Shown: one piece after another, positions 11,240 through 21,105 of the stretch
Layout: each line of letters begins with the position of its first letter
Numbering within the stretch: the first letter of the stretch is position 1
Assembly (NCBI GenBank): GCA_964519525.1
Contig: CAZFIN010000001.1
Coordinates: 2,532-66,531, forward strand
Direction: 5' to 3'
From: an uncultured Alistipes sp.
Lineage (GTDB): Bacteria; Bacteroidota; Bacteroidia; Bacteroidales; Rikenellaceae
DNA: 64,000 nt
Translations under genes and position numbers: made by a program
Notes under the pieces: generated by a model
Databases searched by the model: none
What the model saw: only the letters and a program-made list of their open reading frames with translations
What the model was told of the DNA's origin: nothing

Positions 11240-11312
11240 TCGTTTCACCCGCCGAATAGCTGCATTTTACCGGCCGACCGGTAGCGCCCGGGCCATTTTG
11301 TCCCTAAATTTG
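11221..11312 (+). promoter_or_regulatory. Putative LytTR direct-repeat boxes and -7 promoter element
   Basis: TTCACCC at 11223 and 11244, TTTACCG at 11266 (21/22-bp spacing); TAAATTTG at 11305-11312. Confidence 0.6.
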
Positions 11313-11441
11313 CATCAGACAAACGGGGCGGACGTAACGAAAACCCCGGTTTGCATAAGGCTCCGGCAGTCCGACCGGAAGCGACGACAGAGGCGGAGCC
11401 GGTAAAACGAATGCAGTGAACAAAAAAATTTCGACAATACG

Positions 11442-11933
11442 ATGAAACGAGTAAGAATGATTGCAATGGCGGCAGCCCTGCTGATCGGATCGACGGCTCT
11501 CGCACAGGATTTCGGCGGACAGCAGCGCGGCGGCGAGCGTCCGGAGCGCAAGCAGTTCACGGTCGAGGAGATCGCGGCGATGCAGACCGAGCGCATGGTT
11601 AAATCGCTCGAGCTGACGGACAAGCAGAAGGAGGAGATCTACAAGATCAATCTGGCCGGTGCCACCGAGCAGCAGCAGGAGCGCGAGCAGATGCAGAAGC
11701 TGATGCAGGAGCGTCGCGAAAAGCAGAAGGCCCGCGAGGAGGCTCTCGACGCACAGATGCAGAAGGTGCTCGACGCATCGCAGTATAAGAAATGGTTGAA
11801 GCAGAAGCAGAGCCAGCAGAACCGCGGACGCATGGGACAGGGCGGTCAGGGCGGATTCGGCGGTGAGAGACCTGCCGGCGGCCCGGGCGGATTCGGCGGA
11901 GGCGGAGGCTTCGACTCAGGCATGGGATTCTAA
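11442..11933 (+). CDS. Secreted helical protein, DUF4890/Spy-CpxP-like
   Basis: Signal peptide, QTERMVKSLELTDKQ and VLDASQYKKW motifs, Gly-rich tail. Confidence 0.75.
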   Translation: MKRVRMIAMAAALLIGSTALAQDFGGQQRGGERPERKQFTVEEIAAMQTERMVKSLELTDKQKEEIYKINLAGATEQQQEREQMQKLMQERREKQKAREEALDAQMQKVLDASQYKKWLKQKQSQQNRGRMGQGGQGGFGGERPAGGPGGFGGGGGFDSGMGF

Positions 11934-12009
11934 ATCTTCAGTCCAATCTTTCAACGGAGTCCCATATATCCATTCAAGGGCAGTAATGGAAATTAGGTTG
12001 TTTTTCGGA

Positions 12010-12042
12010 GGGGTGTCAATGGTTAGTTGACACCCCTGTTTT
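12010..12042 (+). terminator. Intrinsic terminator
   Basis: GGGGTGTCAA...TTGACACCCC followed by TGTTTT. Confidence 0.65.
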
Positions 12043-12170
12043 GTCGATTCACCCCTCGCACGCGCACTAATATAAACCGAAATGCCTATATTTGCGAGGT
12101 TTTTTCCGAAACAGCATCCGTATTGACCGAATAACATTAAAAAAAATACAAAGCGAAAACAGACAGGAGT

Positions 12171-15116
12171 ATGAAGAAATTTTTGAGTACCGTTCTTTTT
12201 ATTTGCCTGACCGCAACGTCGTTCGCCCAACAGAAGGGCAAGCTGACAATGACGCTGCTCGACGCCCGGTCGCGCGAAGGCATAGCCGGAGCGATCGTGG
12301 AGATATCGCCGGCGGGATCATCGGACGACAGTCAGAAGAAGTATTACACGTCGGGATTCGGCGGCAAGACCGAGATCGCCAGTCTCAAATACGGCGAGTA
12401 CGACATGGTGATCACGTTCCTCGGTTACGACGACATCAAGCAGACGCTGAAGATCGACCGGGCCGCCAAGGACCTCGGCACGATCGAGATGGAGGAGAGC
12501 GCCACCAAGATCGACGCCGTAGTGAAGGAGGTGCAGGCCATACGCGCCTCGCAGAAAGGCGATACGGTAAACTATAACGCCGACGCCTACAAGGTGGCCA
12601 ACGACGCCGACGTCGAGGGCCTGCTCAAGAAGATGCCGGGCATCACCATCACCAACGGAAGCGTCGAGGCGCAGGGCGAGACGGTGAAGAAGATATTCGT
12701 CGACGGCAAGGAGTTCTTCGGCGACGACGTGTCGACGGCGCTCAACTCGCTGCCCGCGCAGGCCGTGAAGAGTGTCGAGGTGTACAACAAGCTCAGCGAC
12801 AACGCCGAATTCTCGGGCATGGACGACGGCGAGGGCTACAAGGCCATCAACATCGTCACTCACGAGAACATGCGTCAGGGCGTGTTCGGCAAGATCTACG
12901 CCGGTTACGGCTACCAGCCCGACACCGACGACATCACCGACGCCAACAAATACATCTTCGGCGGTAACGTCAACTATTTCAACAAGAACCACCGTCTGTC
13001 GGGCATCGCGCTGCTCAACAACATCAACCAGCAGAACTTCTCGTTCGAGGATATCCTCGGCGTGTCGGGTTCGACCGGCGGCATGGGAGGCGGCATGGGC
13101 CGCGGCGGCGTAGGACAGTACATGGTGCGTCCGCAGAGCGGTGTGGCCAAGGTCGGCTCAATAGGCATGAACTACACCGGAGCGTGGGGCGAGAAGGACA
13201 AGGTGAAACTCGAAGCCAGCTACTTCTTCAACCGCACCCGCACGCGCAACCTCTCGGAGACGATCAAATGGTACGAGGCGCCGCTGGCCGATCTGGGAAC
13301 TCTGGAGCAGACCGGCAGCTCGAACAATCTGAACTACAACAACCGTCTCAACGCCCGCTTCGACTGGCGCATATCGGAGAACCAGTCGATCATGTCGCGC
13401 ACCGGAATCAGCTTCCAGTCATACGATCCCCGCAGCACCACCGACGGCTGGCAGTACGGCGACGCCATCCACAACATCGTCGCCAGCGGTCAGGAGGCCA
13501 ATTTCGGCGGTTACAACCTGTCGGAGTTCCTGCAATACCGTCTCAAGCTCGGCAAGCCGGGCCGTCTGCTCACCGCCGACGTCAGACTGGGCTACCGCAA
13601 GAACAACATCGACTCGAAGAACTACTCGAATCAGGAGACCATATACAACGGCACGGGCAATCCCGACCTCAAGGAGAGCTACTCGCCCCTGCTGCGCTAT
13701 CTGTCGAACGAGACCGATTCGGACAACACACAGGTGGAGGGAGCGCTGAACTACGCCGAGCCTCTGTCGAAATCCTCGCAGATCAACTTCCAGTACCGCG
13801 TCAGCTACACGGGACAGGAGCGCGACAAGCAGACGTGGAACTTCGGCAACAACGACTCGTACACCGGCGGAGTGCTCGACCCGCAGCTCTCGAACAGGTA
13901 CACCAGCGACTACACCACCCACCGCGCAGGTCCGGGATTCCGTTACAGCAAGGAGCGCAACACCCTCGTTCTCGATCTCAACTACCAGTACTCGACCCTC
14001 AACGGCGAGGTGCGCGCACTGAACACCCAGCCCGTGAAACGTTCGTACAACGATTTCACCTACTTCCTGATGGGTAACTTCAACATCAACCAGCAGAACT
14101 CGATCCGCATGTTCATAATGTCGGGAACCGACAACCCGCGCATCATGCAGTTGCAGAACATCCTCGACATCTCCGACTCGCAGTATGTGTCGAGCGGTAA
14201 CGAGCGGCTGAACCCCGCCTACTCGCACCGCGTGAACTTCCACTACAACAACACCAACCTCGAAAAGGGCCGCACGTTCATGTGGATGTTCTCGTTCCAA
14301 AGCACGTCGGATTACATATCGTCGAGCATCTACACCGGCGACAACATCCCGCAGAACGTGATAAATGAGGTCGGCTCGACTCCCATACAGTACACCACCT
14401 ACGACAACGTGGACGGCTTCCTCAGCCTGCGTACTCACGTCAGCTACGGTCTGCCACTCAACTTCATCAAGTGCAACTTCAACATCATGGCCGGCGTCAA
14501 CTACTCGAAAACGCCGTCGCTCGTGAACGGCGAGCGCAACATGGCGAGCAACATCGGCTACGATGCCAACGTGGTGCTGGGCAGCAACATATCCGAGAAT
14601 GTCGACTTCACACTCTCGTGGAACGGAACCTACAATCAGGCCGACAATTCGCTGGCTGCCGGAGGCCGCAAGAACGAGTATTTCAACCACTCGGCCTCGG
14701 GTTCGCTCAAGACCGTGTTCTGGAAAGGCTTCACCTTCACCGCCAGCGCCAACTACGTCCAGTACATAGGCTTCACCAACGACTACAACGATTCGTACAC
14801 TCTCTGCAACGCCTACATCGGCAAGAAACTGTTCCGCAATCAGTTAGGCGAAGTCATGGTCGGCGTGAACGACATCTTCAACCAGAACACCTCGTTCGCC
14901 CGCACGACCGGATCGGGATTCACGCAGAACTCGTGGAACAGCGTGATCGGCCGCTATTTCACCGTGCAGTTCAACTACAACCTGCGCGTATTCGGCAAGA
15001 AGGGTTCGCGCGTACTCTCCGACTATGGAATCTCTGACGGCAACAGCAACGGCAACCGCCGCATGGGTCCCCCGATGGGAGGTCCGGGCGGTCCCGGCGG
15101 CCCGGGTCCCCGCTAA
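12171..15116 (+). CDS. TonB-dependent receptor-like outer membrane beta-barrel protein with N-terminal carboxypeptidase-regulatory-like domain
   Basis: Signal peptide, KGDTVNYNADAYK, LLKKMPGI, FVDGKEFFGDD, C-terminal GRYFTVQFNYNL. Confidence 0.85.
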   Translation: MKKFLSTVLFICLTATSFAQQKGKLTMTLLDARSREGIAGAIVEISPAGSSDDSQKKYYTSGFGGKTEIASLKYGEYDMVITFLGYDDIKQTLKIDRAAKDLGTIEMEESATKIDAVVKEVQAIRASQKGDTVNYNADAYKVANDADVEGLLKKMPGITITNGSVEAQGETVKKIFVDGKEFFGDDVSTALNSLPAQAVKSVEVYNKLSDNAEFSGMDDGEGYKAINIVTHENMRQGVFGKIYAGYGYQPDTDDITDANKYIFGGNVNYFNKNHRLSGIALLNNINQQNFSFEDILGVSGSTGGMGGGMGRGGVGQYMVRPQSGVAKVGSIGMNYTGAWGEKDKVKLEASYFFNRTRTRNLSETIKWYEAPLADLGTLEQTGSSNNLNYNNRLNARFDWRISENQSIMSRTGISFQSYDPRSTTDGWQYGDAIHNIVASGQEANFGGYNLSEFLQYRLKLGKPGRLLTADVRLGYRKNNIDSKNYSNQETIYNGTGNPDLKESYSPLLRYLSNETDSDNTQVEGALNYAEPLSKSSQINFQYRVSYTGQERDKQTWNFGNNDSYTGGVLDPQLSNRYTSDYTTHRAGPGFRYSKERNTLVLDLNYQYSTLNGEVRALNTQPVKRSYNDFTYFLMGNFNINQQNSIRMFIMSGTDNPRIMQLQNILDISDSQYVSSGNERLNPAYSHRVNFHYNNTNLEKGRTFMWMFSFQSTSDYISSSIYTGDNIPQNVINEVGSTPIQYTTYDNVDGFLSLRTHVSYGLPLNFIKCNFNIMAGVNYSKTPSLVNGERNMASNIGYDANVVLGSNISENVDFTLSWNGTYNQADNSLAAGGRKNEYFNHSASGSLKTVFWKGFTFTASANYVQYIGFTNDYNDSYTLCNAYIGKKLFRNQLGEVMVGVNDIFNQNTSFARTTGSGFTQNSWNSVIGRYFTVQFNYNLRVFGKKGSRVLSDYGISDGNSNGNRRMGPPMGGPGGPGGPGPR

Positions 15117-15140
15117 CGGACGGCATACTGACAAACCAAT

Positions 15141-15169
15141 CCCCCGGTCTTCACGGACCGGGGGTTTTT
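15141..15169 (+). terminator. Intrinsic terminator
   Basis: CCCCCGGTC-TTCACG-GACCGGGGG followed by TTTTT. Confidence 0.8.
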
Positions 15170-15376
15170 CATTGATGAACAACTCCTCGAAAACTCTCGA
15201 CACGCATATCCGCACCTGATCAACGCCTCCCCTTCACCGGCCACCTCCTGCTCCGCCATTCGAAACGGATTGCGGTCACACCGGCAGAGACAACGGGCAA
15301 AAAGATCCCCGGCGAAGATCGCTCTCCACCGGGGAACATGACACATCCGGGCCTTCCGCCGCTAAAACGGCCGGCC

Positions 15377-16645
15377 CTATTTCACCTGCTCAGGCTCGTA
15401 TTTGTAACGGAACATCACGGCGAAAAGCAGCGCCACCACCAGCGCATACGAGGCGAATATCAGCCACGACGTCTGCCAGCCGGCTATCTGCTCCACTCCC
15501 GTCGATCCGTTGTAGACGAAACGGTTCACCACGGCCTGCGCCCCCAGCGTTCCGATCGAGGCGCCTATGCCGTTGGTCATTATCATGAACAGTCCCTGCG
15601 CCGACGAACGTATCGACTCGTCGGTACGCTCGTTCACGAACAGCGAACCCGAAATGTTGAAGAAGTCGAACGCCACGCCGTACACGATCATCGACAGCAC
15701 GAACATCCACACGCCCGCTCCCGGATTGCCCACACCGAACAGTCCGAACCGCAGCACCCACGCCAGCATGGCGATGAGCATCACGCGCTTGATACCGAAC
15801 CGTTTGAGGAAGAACGGGATGAGCAGTATGCACAGCGCCTCCGATATTTGCGACAGCGAGATCAGCGCATTGGCATGGTTGGCGCCGAACGTCGATGCGA
15901 ATTCGGGGATGTCGCGGTACGACGATATGAACGGATTGGCGAAACCGTTCGTAATCTGCAACGACACGCCCAGCAGCACCGAGAACACGAAGAACATGGC
16001 CATGCGCCGGTCCTTGAACAGCGCGAAAGCCTTCAGGCCGAGAGCGTCGACCAGTCCCTTCTTCTCGCCCGACGCATTCACCGGACACTCCGGCAGCGTA
16101 ACGGCATACGCGGCCAGCAGCAGGCCCAGCACCGCGCACTGCACGAACTGCATGCTCGTGAGCTGGAAACCCGAGAAGTCGCACAGCAGCATCGAACAGA
16201 TGAAGCCCACCGTTCCCCACACGCGGATCGGCGGGAACGACTTCACCGTGTCGAGTCCGGCGCGCTCCAGCACCGAATAGGCCACCGAGTACGACAGCGC
16301 TATGGTAGGCATGTAGAACGCCACGCTGAGCGAGTAAAGCACGAAAAGCGGAGCGAACGCCACCCCGTCGCCGGCATTCGAGGCGTAAAACCACAGGCCG
16401 CCCATGAACGCCGCCGCCAGCACATGACACATACCGAGCAGCCGCTGCGCCGGCACCCACCGGTCGGCGATGACGCCTATCACGGCCGGCATGAAGATCG
16501 AGACGATGCCCTGCATGGCGTAGAACAGTCCCACGTGCGACGCCATTCCGGCGCCGGCGAGATACGCCCCCATTGACGTAAGATAAGAACCCCACACTGC
16601 GAACTGCAGGAAGTTCATGACGATAAGTCGAAGTTTTATATTCAT
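15377..16645 (-). CDS. nupG: Nucleoside:H+ symporter (NupG/XapB MFS family)
   Basis: RLIVMNFLQFAVWG, FPPIRVWGTVGF, YGVAFDFFNISGSLFV, SAQGL. Confidence 0.9.
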   Translation of the reverse strand: MNIKLRLIVMNFLQFAVWGSYLTSMGAYLAGAGMASHVGLFYAMQGIVSIFMPAVIGVIADRWVPAQRLLGMCHVLAAAFMGGLWFYASNAGDGVAFAPLFVLYSLSVAFYMPTIALSYSVAYSVLERAGLDTVKSFPPIRVWGTVGFICSMLLCDFSGFQLTSMQFVQCAVLGLLLAAYAVTLPECPVNASGEKKGLVDALGLKAFALFKDRRMAMFFVFSVLLGVSLQITNGFANPFISSYRDIPEFASTFGANHANALISLSQISEALCILLIPFFLKRFGIKRVMLIAMLAWVLRFGLFGVGNPGAGVWMFVLSMIVYGVAFDFFNISGSLFVNERTDESIRSSAQGLFMIMTNGIGASIGTLGAQAVVNRFVYNGSTGVEQIAGWQTSWLIFASYALVVALLFAVMFRYKYEPEQVK

Positions 16646-16849
16646 AACACAATCCTTTGTTTGCACACTCGTTCCCCGTCCGACCCTCCGCGATGCGCCG
16701 CACCGACTGCAAGGCCCGGCCGGCCGGTTCAGGCTCGTAAAGTTAGCGATTTATTTCATTCCCCGAACCATGCGGCCGATGTTTTTGCCCGCAGCCGTTG
16801 CCCGATGACGAAATTATGGCTATTTTTACACGACAAAAAACTACCGACC

Positions 16850-19111
16850 ATGAACAACATGCTTCATTCGGCCATCACGGCCATCCTTGCCGCCACCCTG
16901 CTCTGCACGGCCGCCGTAGCGCAGAACCGCCCCACCGGACTGATGACCGACATGGTGACCGACGCCGGAGCGCTCTACCGCGACGGCCGCCGCATCTCGC
17001 TTACCATGACCGACGCGGACCCCTCCGCATACGACGGCTGCCAGTTCGCCGCCATACGCTCATCGCGCCCCACATTCGGATGGATAGTGCCCGACTGCGG
17101 GCGCAACACGCGCCAGCGTGCCTACCGCATAATCGTTGCCGACAATGCGGCCGATGCCCGGGCACACCGCGGCAACGTATGGGACAGCGGCACGGTGCGC
17201 AGCCCGCAGTCGGTCGCCGTAGCCTACGGGGGCGATGATCTGAAGCCCGGCAAACTCTACTTCTGGAGCGTGACCGTCACCACCGACACCGGAGGCGACA
17301 GCGAGTGGTCGGCCGCGGAACCTTTCCGCACGGCATCCGAACTCGCCGCCTACGCACCCTCCTACCACCCGCAGATACGCGAGCGCGACACGACCGCCTC
17401 CATCCGCAGGCTCGCCCCCACCACCACCCTGCTCGACTTCGGCCGGGCGTCGTTCGGCTCCGTCGAGGTCACGCTGGAGTCGCCCGAAGGCGGCGACACC
17501 GTATATATAGCCATCGGCGAGGCCATGAAGGAGGGGCGCATCGACAGCCGCCCTCACGGCACGGTACGCTACTACCGCTATCCGCTCGTGCTCGGCAAGG
17601 GCCGCCGCACCTATGACGTCGTTCCCGCGCACGATGCCCGCAACACAGGCCCGCAGGCCGTGCTCATGCCCGACTACATAGGCGAGGTGGCGCCGTTCCG
17701 CTACTGTCAGATCGAGAACTACGGCGGCACCGTCGCCTCCGGCGACATAGTGCGCCACACGGCCGTCTATCCGTTCGACGACGGCGCGGCACACTTCTCG
17801 TCGGACGACCCGACGCTGAACGCCGTGTGGGAGCTGTGCAAATACTCGATCAAGGCCACCTCGGCCCTCGGCATATACATCGACGGCGACCGCGAGCGCA
17901 TACCCTACGAGGCCGACGCCATAATCAACCAGCTCGGGCACTACGCCACCGACCGCGAATACGCCATGGCGCGCCGGTCGTCGGAGTACCTGCTGCAACA
18001 CCCTACATGGCCCACGGAGTGGATCCTGCAGGCGCTCATCATCGCGTGGAACGACTATCTCCACACGGGCGACGCCCGCTCGATCGAGGCGAACTACGAT
18101 CTGCTCAAGGCCCGCACGCTGCGTGCCCTGCGGCGCGACGACGGCCTGATCTCGACCTCGGCCGACAGGACGGTTGAGACCGACGCCTTCCGCCGCTCGA
18201 TAAACTTCGGCGGCACGATACGCGACATAGTCGACTGGCCGCGCGGCAGCGAGGACGACAACTTCGTCTTCACCGACTGCAACTGCGTGGTCAACGCCTT
18301 CCACTACCGCGCGCTGTGTCTGCTCGCCCGCATGGCCGATCTTACGGGCCGCCGCGACGAGGCCCGCGAACTCGGCGACGAGTGCCGCAGTCTGTACCGC
18401 GCGTTCAACGACGCGTTCCTCGACCCCGCCGCCGGCACCTACCGCGACGGAAAGGCGACCGACCACCACTCGCTCCACTCGGCCATCTTCGCCGCGGCAT
18501 TCGGGCTGGTGCCCGACGAGTACCGCGATCAGGTGCTCGGCTACATCCGCTCGCGCGACATGGCGTGCAGCGTCTATGCCGCGCAGTTCCTGATGGACGC
18601 ACTCTACGATGCCGGCGACGGCGACTACGCCCTGCACATGCTCACCAAACGCGACCGCCGCAGCTGGTACAACATGCTGGCCCACGGCGCCACCATAACC
18701 TACGAGGCATGGGACGACTCGTTCAAGCCCAATCAGGACTGGAACCACGCATGGGGCGCCGCACCGGCCAACATCATTCCGCGCCGGATAGCGGGCGTCG
18801 AGCCGCTCGCTCCGGCATGCGAGATCATCTCGGTGTGCCCGCAGACCTCGTCGCTGCGCCACGTGACGGCCACCGTGCCCACCATACGCGGCAGCGTGAA
18901 GGTGACGATCGACAACAGTCCCGGCTGCTACCGCATGCACGTCACGGTGCCGCCCAACACCACGGCCCGCGTCACGCTGCCCGTCGCGGCCGAACGGATC
19001 AGGCTCACGTGCAACGGCGAGCGCCGGCGGGCGCGCCGCACATCCCGCAAGGGGTTCGTCGACGCCGGCGAGATCGGTTCGGGCAGCTACGTTTTCGAGG
19101 CGAGGTATTAG
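16850..19111 (+). CDS. Alpha-L-rhamnosidase (GH78)
   Basis: Signal peptide, DGDRERIPYEAD, DIVDWP, TYEAW, WNHAWGAAPA; start placed at MNNML. Confidence 0.88.
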   Translation: MNNMLHSAITAILAATLLCTAAVAQNRPTGLMTDMVTDAGALYRDGRRISLTMTDADPSAYDGCQFAAIRSSRPTFGWIVPDCGRNTRQRAYRIIVADNAADARAHRGNVWDSGTVRSPQSVAVAYGGDDLKPGKLYFWSVTVTTDTGGDSEWSAAEPFRTASELAAYAPSYHPQIRERDTTASIRRLAPTTTLLDFGRASFGSVEVTLESPEGGDTVYIAIGEAMKEGRIDSRPHGTVRYYRYPLVLGKGRRTYDVVPAHDARNTGPQAVLMPDYIGEVAPFRYCQIENYGGTVASGDIVRHTAVYPFDDGAAHFSSDDPTLNAVWELCKYSIKATSALGIYIDGDRERIPYEADAIINQLGHYATDREYAMARRSSEYLLQHPTWPTEWILQALIIAWNDYLHTGDARSIEANYDLLKARTLRALRRDDGLISTSADRTVETDAFRRSINFGGTIRDIVDWPRGSEDDNFVFTDCNCVVNAFHYRALCLLARMADLTGRRDEARELGDECRSLYRAFNDAFLDPAAGTYRDGKATDHHSLHSAIFAAAFGLVPDEYRDQVLGYIRSRDMACSVYAAQFLMDALYDAGDGDYALHMLTKRDRRSWYNMLAHGATITYEAWDDSFKPNQDWNHAWGAAPANIIPRRIAGVEPLAPACEIISVCPQTSSLRHVTATVPTIRGSVKVTIDNSPGCYRMHVTVPPNTTARVTLPVAAERIRLTCNGERRRARRTSRKGFVDAGEIGSGSYVFEARY

Positions 19112-19294
19112 CTTTCACTGACTTGCGCACCGGCCGGCCGGTACGCGCGCAGCCGCCCCGGACCGACGCAACGCCGTCGAAACAGCCCGCAGAGACATTA
19201 ATGATAAAAAAAATCGGATTTTTCTTTGCAGATAAGAAATTATATTCTACTTTTGCAGTGTCAAAACGGTGAACGCCGCACGACACGCAGATAT

Positions 19295-19365
19295 TGGGCT
19301 ATGGTGTAATGGTAACACTACAGATTCTGGTCCTGTCATTCCAAGTTCGAATCTTGGTAGCCCAA
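19295..19365 (+). tRNA. tRNA-Gln(CTG)
   Basis: TGGGCTA/TAGCCCA acceptor stem, anticodon loop TT-CTG-GT, GTTCGAATC T-loop. Confidence 0.95.
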
Positions 19366-19369
19366 CTCG

Positions 19370-19400
19370 AAAACACTCCGCAATCCGCGGAGTGTTTTTT
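19370..19400 (+). terminator. tRNA-Gln terminator
   Basis: AAAACACTCCGC...GCGGAGTGTTTTTT. Confidence 0.8.
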
Positions 19401-19422
19401 GTTTTCACCATAGTTTTTCCTC

Positions 19423-19465
19423 ACCGCTCCATCATACCCATACCGCTCCATCATACCCATACCGC
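19423..19465. repeat. 19-bp tandem repeat x2.3
   Basis: ACCGCTCCATCATACCCAT twice, then ACCGC. Confidence 0.9.
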
Positions 19466-19522
19466 CCGCATACGGTCATCTCCTATCGTGACGACGCCGG
19501 CCGGCGACAGACCCGCATAAAT

Positions 19523-19627
19523 ATTATTTAACAGTCGTTTAATTTTATTCAACCGATATTTAACATTATTAAGTCAAAGTTTAACAATATTAAACATCGC
19601 ATTAATATTATTAAACCGTCGTTCAAT
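19523..19627. repeat. Five contiguous degenerate 21-bp AT-rich repeats with an internal palindrome
   Basis: ATTATTTAACAGTCGTTTAAT / TTTATTCAACCGATATTTAAC / ATTATTAAGTCAAAGTTTAAC / AATATTAAACATCGCATTAAT / ATTATTAAACCGTCGTTCAAT. Confidence 0.85.
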
Positions 19628-19659
19628 TTTGCATCCGGCATTTTCCGCATCTCCGACAG

Positions 19660-19711
19660 CGGACGGGCAACGAACGGACGGGCAACGAACGGACGGGCAA
19701 CGAACGGACGG
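19660..19711. repeat. 15-bp tandem repeat x3.5
   Basis: CGGACGGGCAACGAA x3 plus a partial copy. Confidence 0.95.
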
Positions 19712-19747
19712 ACAGCGGACGTTATGCCGGTCCCGCTGGTACAGAAC

Positions 19748-19787
19748 AAAAAAATCCCGACAGGGGCGTTTCGCCCGCCTGTCGGGA
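19748..19787 (-). terminator. Terminator of the GH76 gene
   Basis: A7 then TCCCGACAGG...CCTGTCGGGA (U-tract on the minus strand). Confidence 0.8.
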
Positions 19788-19820
19788 AGAGCATGTATCC
19801 GCTGGTATACCGGACAATGA

Positions 19821-21035
19821 TTACAGATCCACCTTGGCCATGCGCGCCGACATCTCGGCATAGGCGGCCTGCGTCAGCAGCCAGCTGCGCGGAGCCTTGC
19901 GGCGGCGGTGGCCGTCGCCCTGAACATCGGGCCGGCGCGAAAGGAACTTTCCGAACAGACCGCTATCGTTGCGGCCGTTGCGCCATGCGTAATCGAGCGT
20001 GGCCCGCACGGCGCCGACATACTGCGAATCGCCGTCGGCACGATACAGCGCGATAAGTCCGCGCAGCATCACGGCATCGAACCACACGTCGCCCGACTCC
20101 ATGATGCGGATCGGCTGTCCGTCGTCGGTCACCTCCACGAACCACTTGGCATAGCAGCCGCGGGCCGTGGCCTGAGCCTCGCGCAGAAAGCGGTCCTCGC
20201 CGGTGATGGAGTAGAGCAGCACGCCGGACTCGATCATCTGGCCGCTGTTGTAGGAGTACTTGGCAGGCGAGACGCGTCCGTCGAGCGAGATGTTGTCGAA
20301 ATAGAGATCGTCCCCGGGGTCGCGCAGCGTCGTGAACGTCCATTCGTAAAGCTCGCGGCCCGTGCGCAGGAACTCCTCCTCGCCGGTGGCCTTGTAGAGC
20401 TTCAGCGCGCACACGGCCGCCGGAGCGTTCGAGCAGGTGTTCTTCGATCCCTTCTTCTGCTCGCACCAGTAGATTCCTCCGCCCAGCACGTCGTCGCAGC
20501 CGCTCATGACGAACTGCCATATATCGCGCGCATAGGCGAGGTAGGAGGTATTGCCGGTGGCTATGTAGAGGTCGGTGAAGTCGATGGCCAGCCAGATGTT
20601 GTCGTCGTAGAAACGGTCGGAACGGTCGGCCGTAATGTACGACGAATAGGCGTGCGGCTCGCGCGAAAGATCGTAATAGCGGTCGAGCCCCTCGACCACC
20701 ACATGGTCGATGAAATCGAGATCGTCCTCGTCGCCCGTGGCGTCGTACAGCGCCGACATCATCGAGAGAGTGCCCGAATAGGGCCACAGATAGGAGTATT
20801 CGTTGACCGTCTGGTCGGCCCCTTCGGCCAGATAGGTGGCTCGGGCCGAGGTGTCGCGCGGATAGTTCTCGGCCAGCAGGGGCGAGTCGTCGACACGGTA
20901 CAGCGAATAGATGGTCTTCTTCATCTCGCGAGCGCGGTCGAGCTCGACATTGTCGGCACGGCAGCCGCTGCACACGAACGTCACGCAACATGCCGCGGCC
21001 GGCAGAAAGTTGCGGAGCGATGGGAGAATCTTCAT
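19821..21035 (-). CDS. GH76 family glycoside hydrolase (alpha-1,6-mannanase-like), probable lipoprotein
   Basis: SYLWPYSG, catalytic RFYDDNIW, GGGIYW, KNTCSNAP, YSYNSGQM; SGC lipobox-like. Confidence 0.9.
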   Translation of the reverse strand: MKILPSLRNFLPAAACCVTFVCSGCRADNVELDRAREMKKTIYSLYRVDDSPLLAENYPRDTSARATYLAEGADQTVNEYSYLWPYSGTLSMMSALYDATGDEDDLDFIDHVVVEGLDRYYDLSREPHAYSSYITADRSDRFYDDNIWLAIDFTDLYIATGNTSYLAYARDIWQFVMSGCDDVLGGGIYWCEQKKGSKNTCSNAPAAVCALKLYKATGEEEFLRTGRELYEWTFTTLRDPGDDLYFDNISLDGRVSPAKYSYNSGQMIESGVLLYSITGEDRFLREAQATARGCYAKWFVEVTDDGQPIRIMESGDVWFDAVMLRGLIALYRADGDSQYVGAVRATLDYAWRNGRNDSGLFGKFLSRRPDVQGDGHRRRKAPRSWLLTQAAYAEMSARMAKVDL

Positions 21036-21105
21036 ATCGAACGGTAGTTTTTTTGTCAAAAAATCAGTGCAAATATAGTAAATTTGCAGGAAAAACCGAA
21101 TAACA

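Noticed and set aside
19558-19585. dif site within the 21-bp array (ATTTAACATTA)
   Set aside because: Only one arm resembles XerD's; there is no XerC arm at 6-bp spacing
19660-19711. CRISPR array
   Set aside because: Repeats are contiguous with no spacers, and there are no cas genes
16850-21035. Polysaccharide utilisation locus (GH78 + GH76)
   Set aside because: Genes are convergent, separated by a tRNA, and have no susC/susD pair
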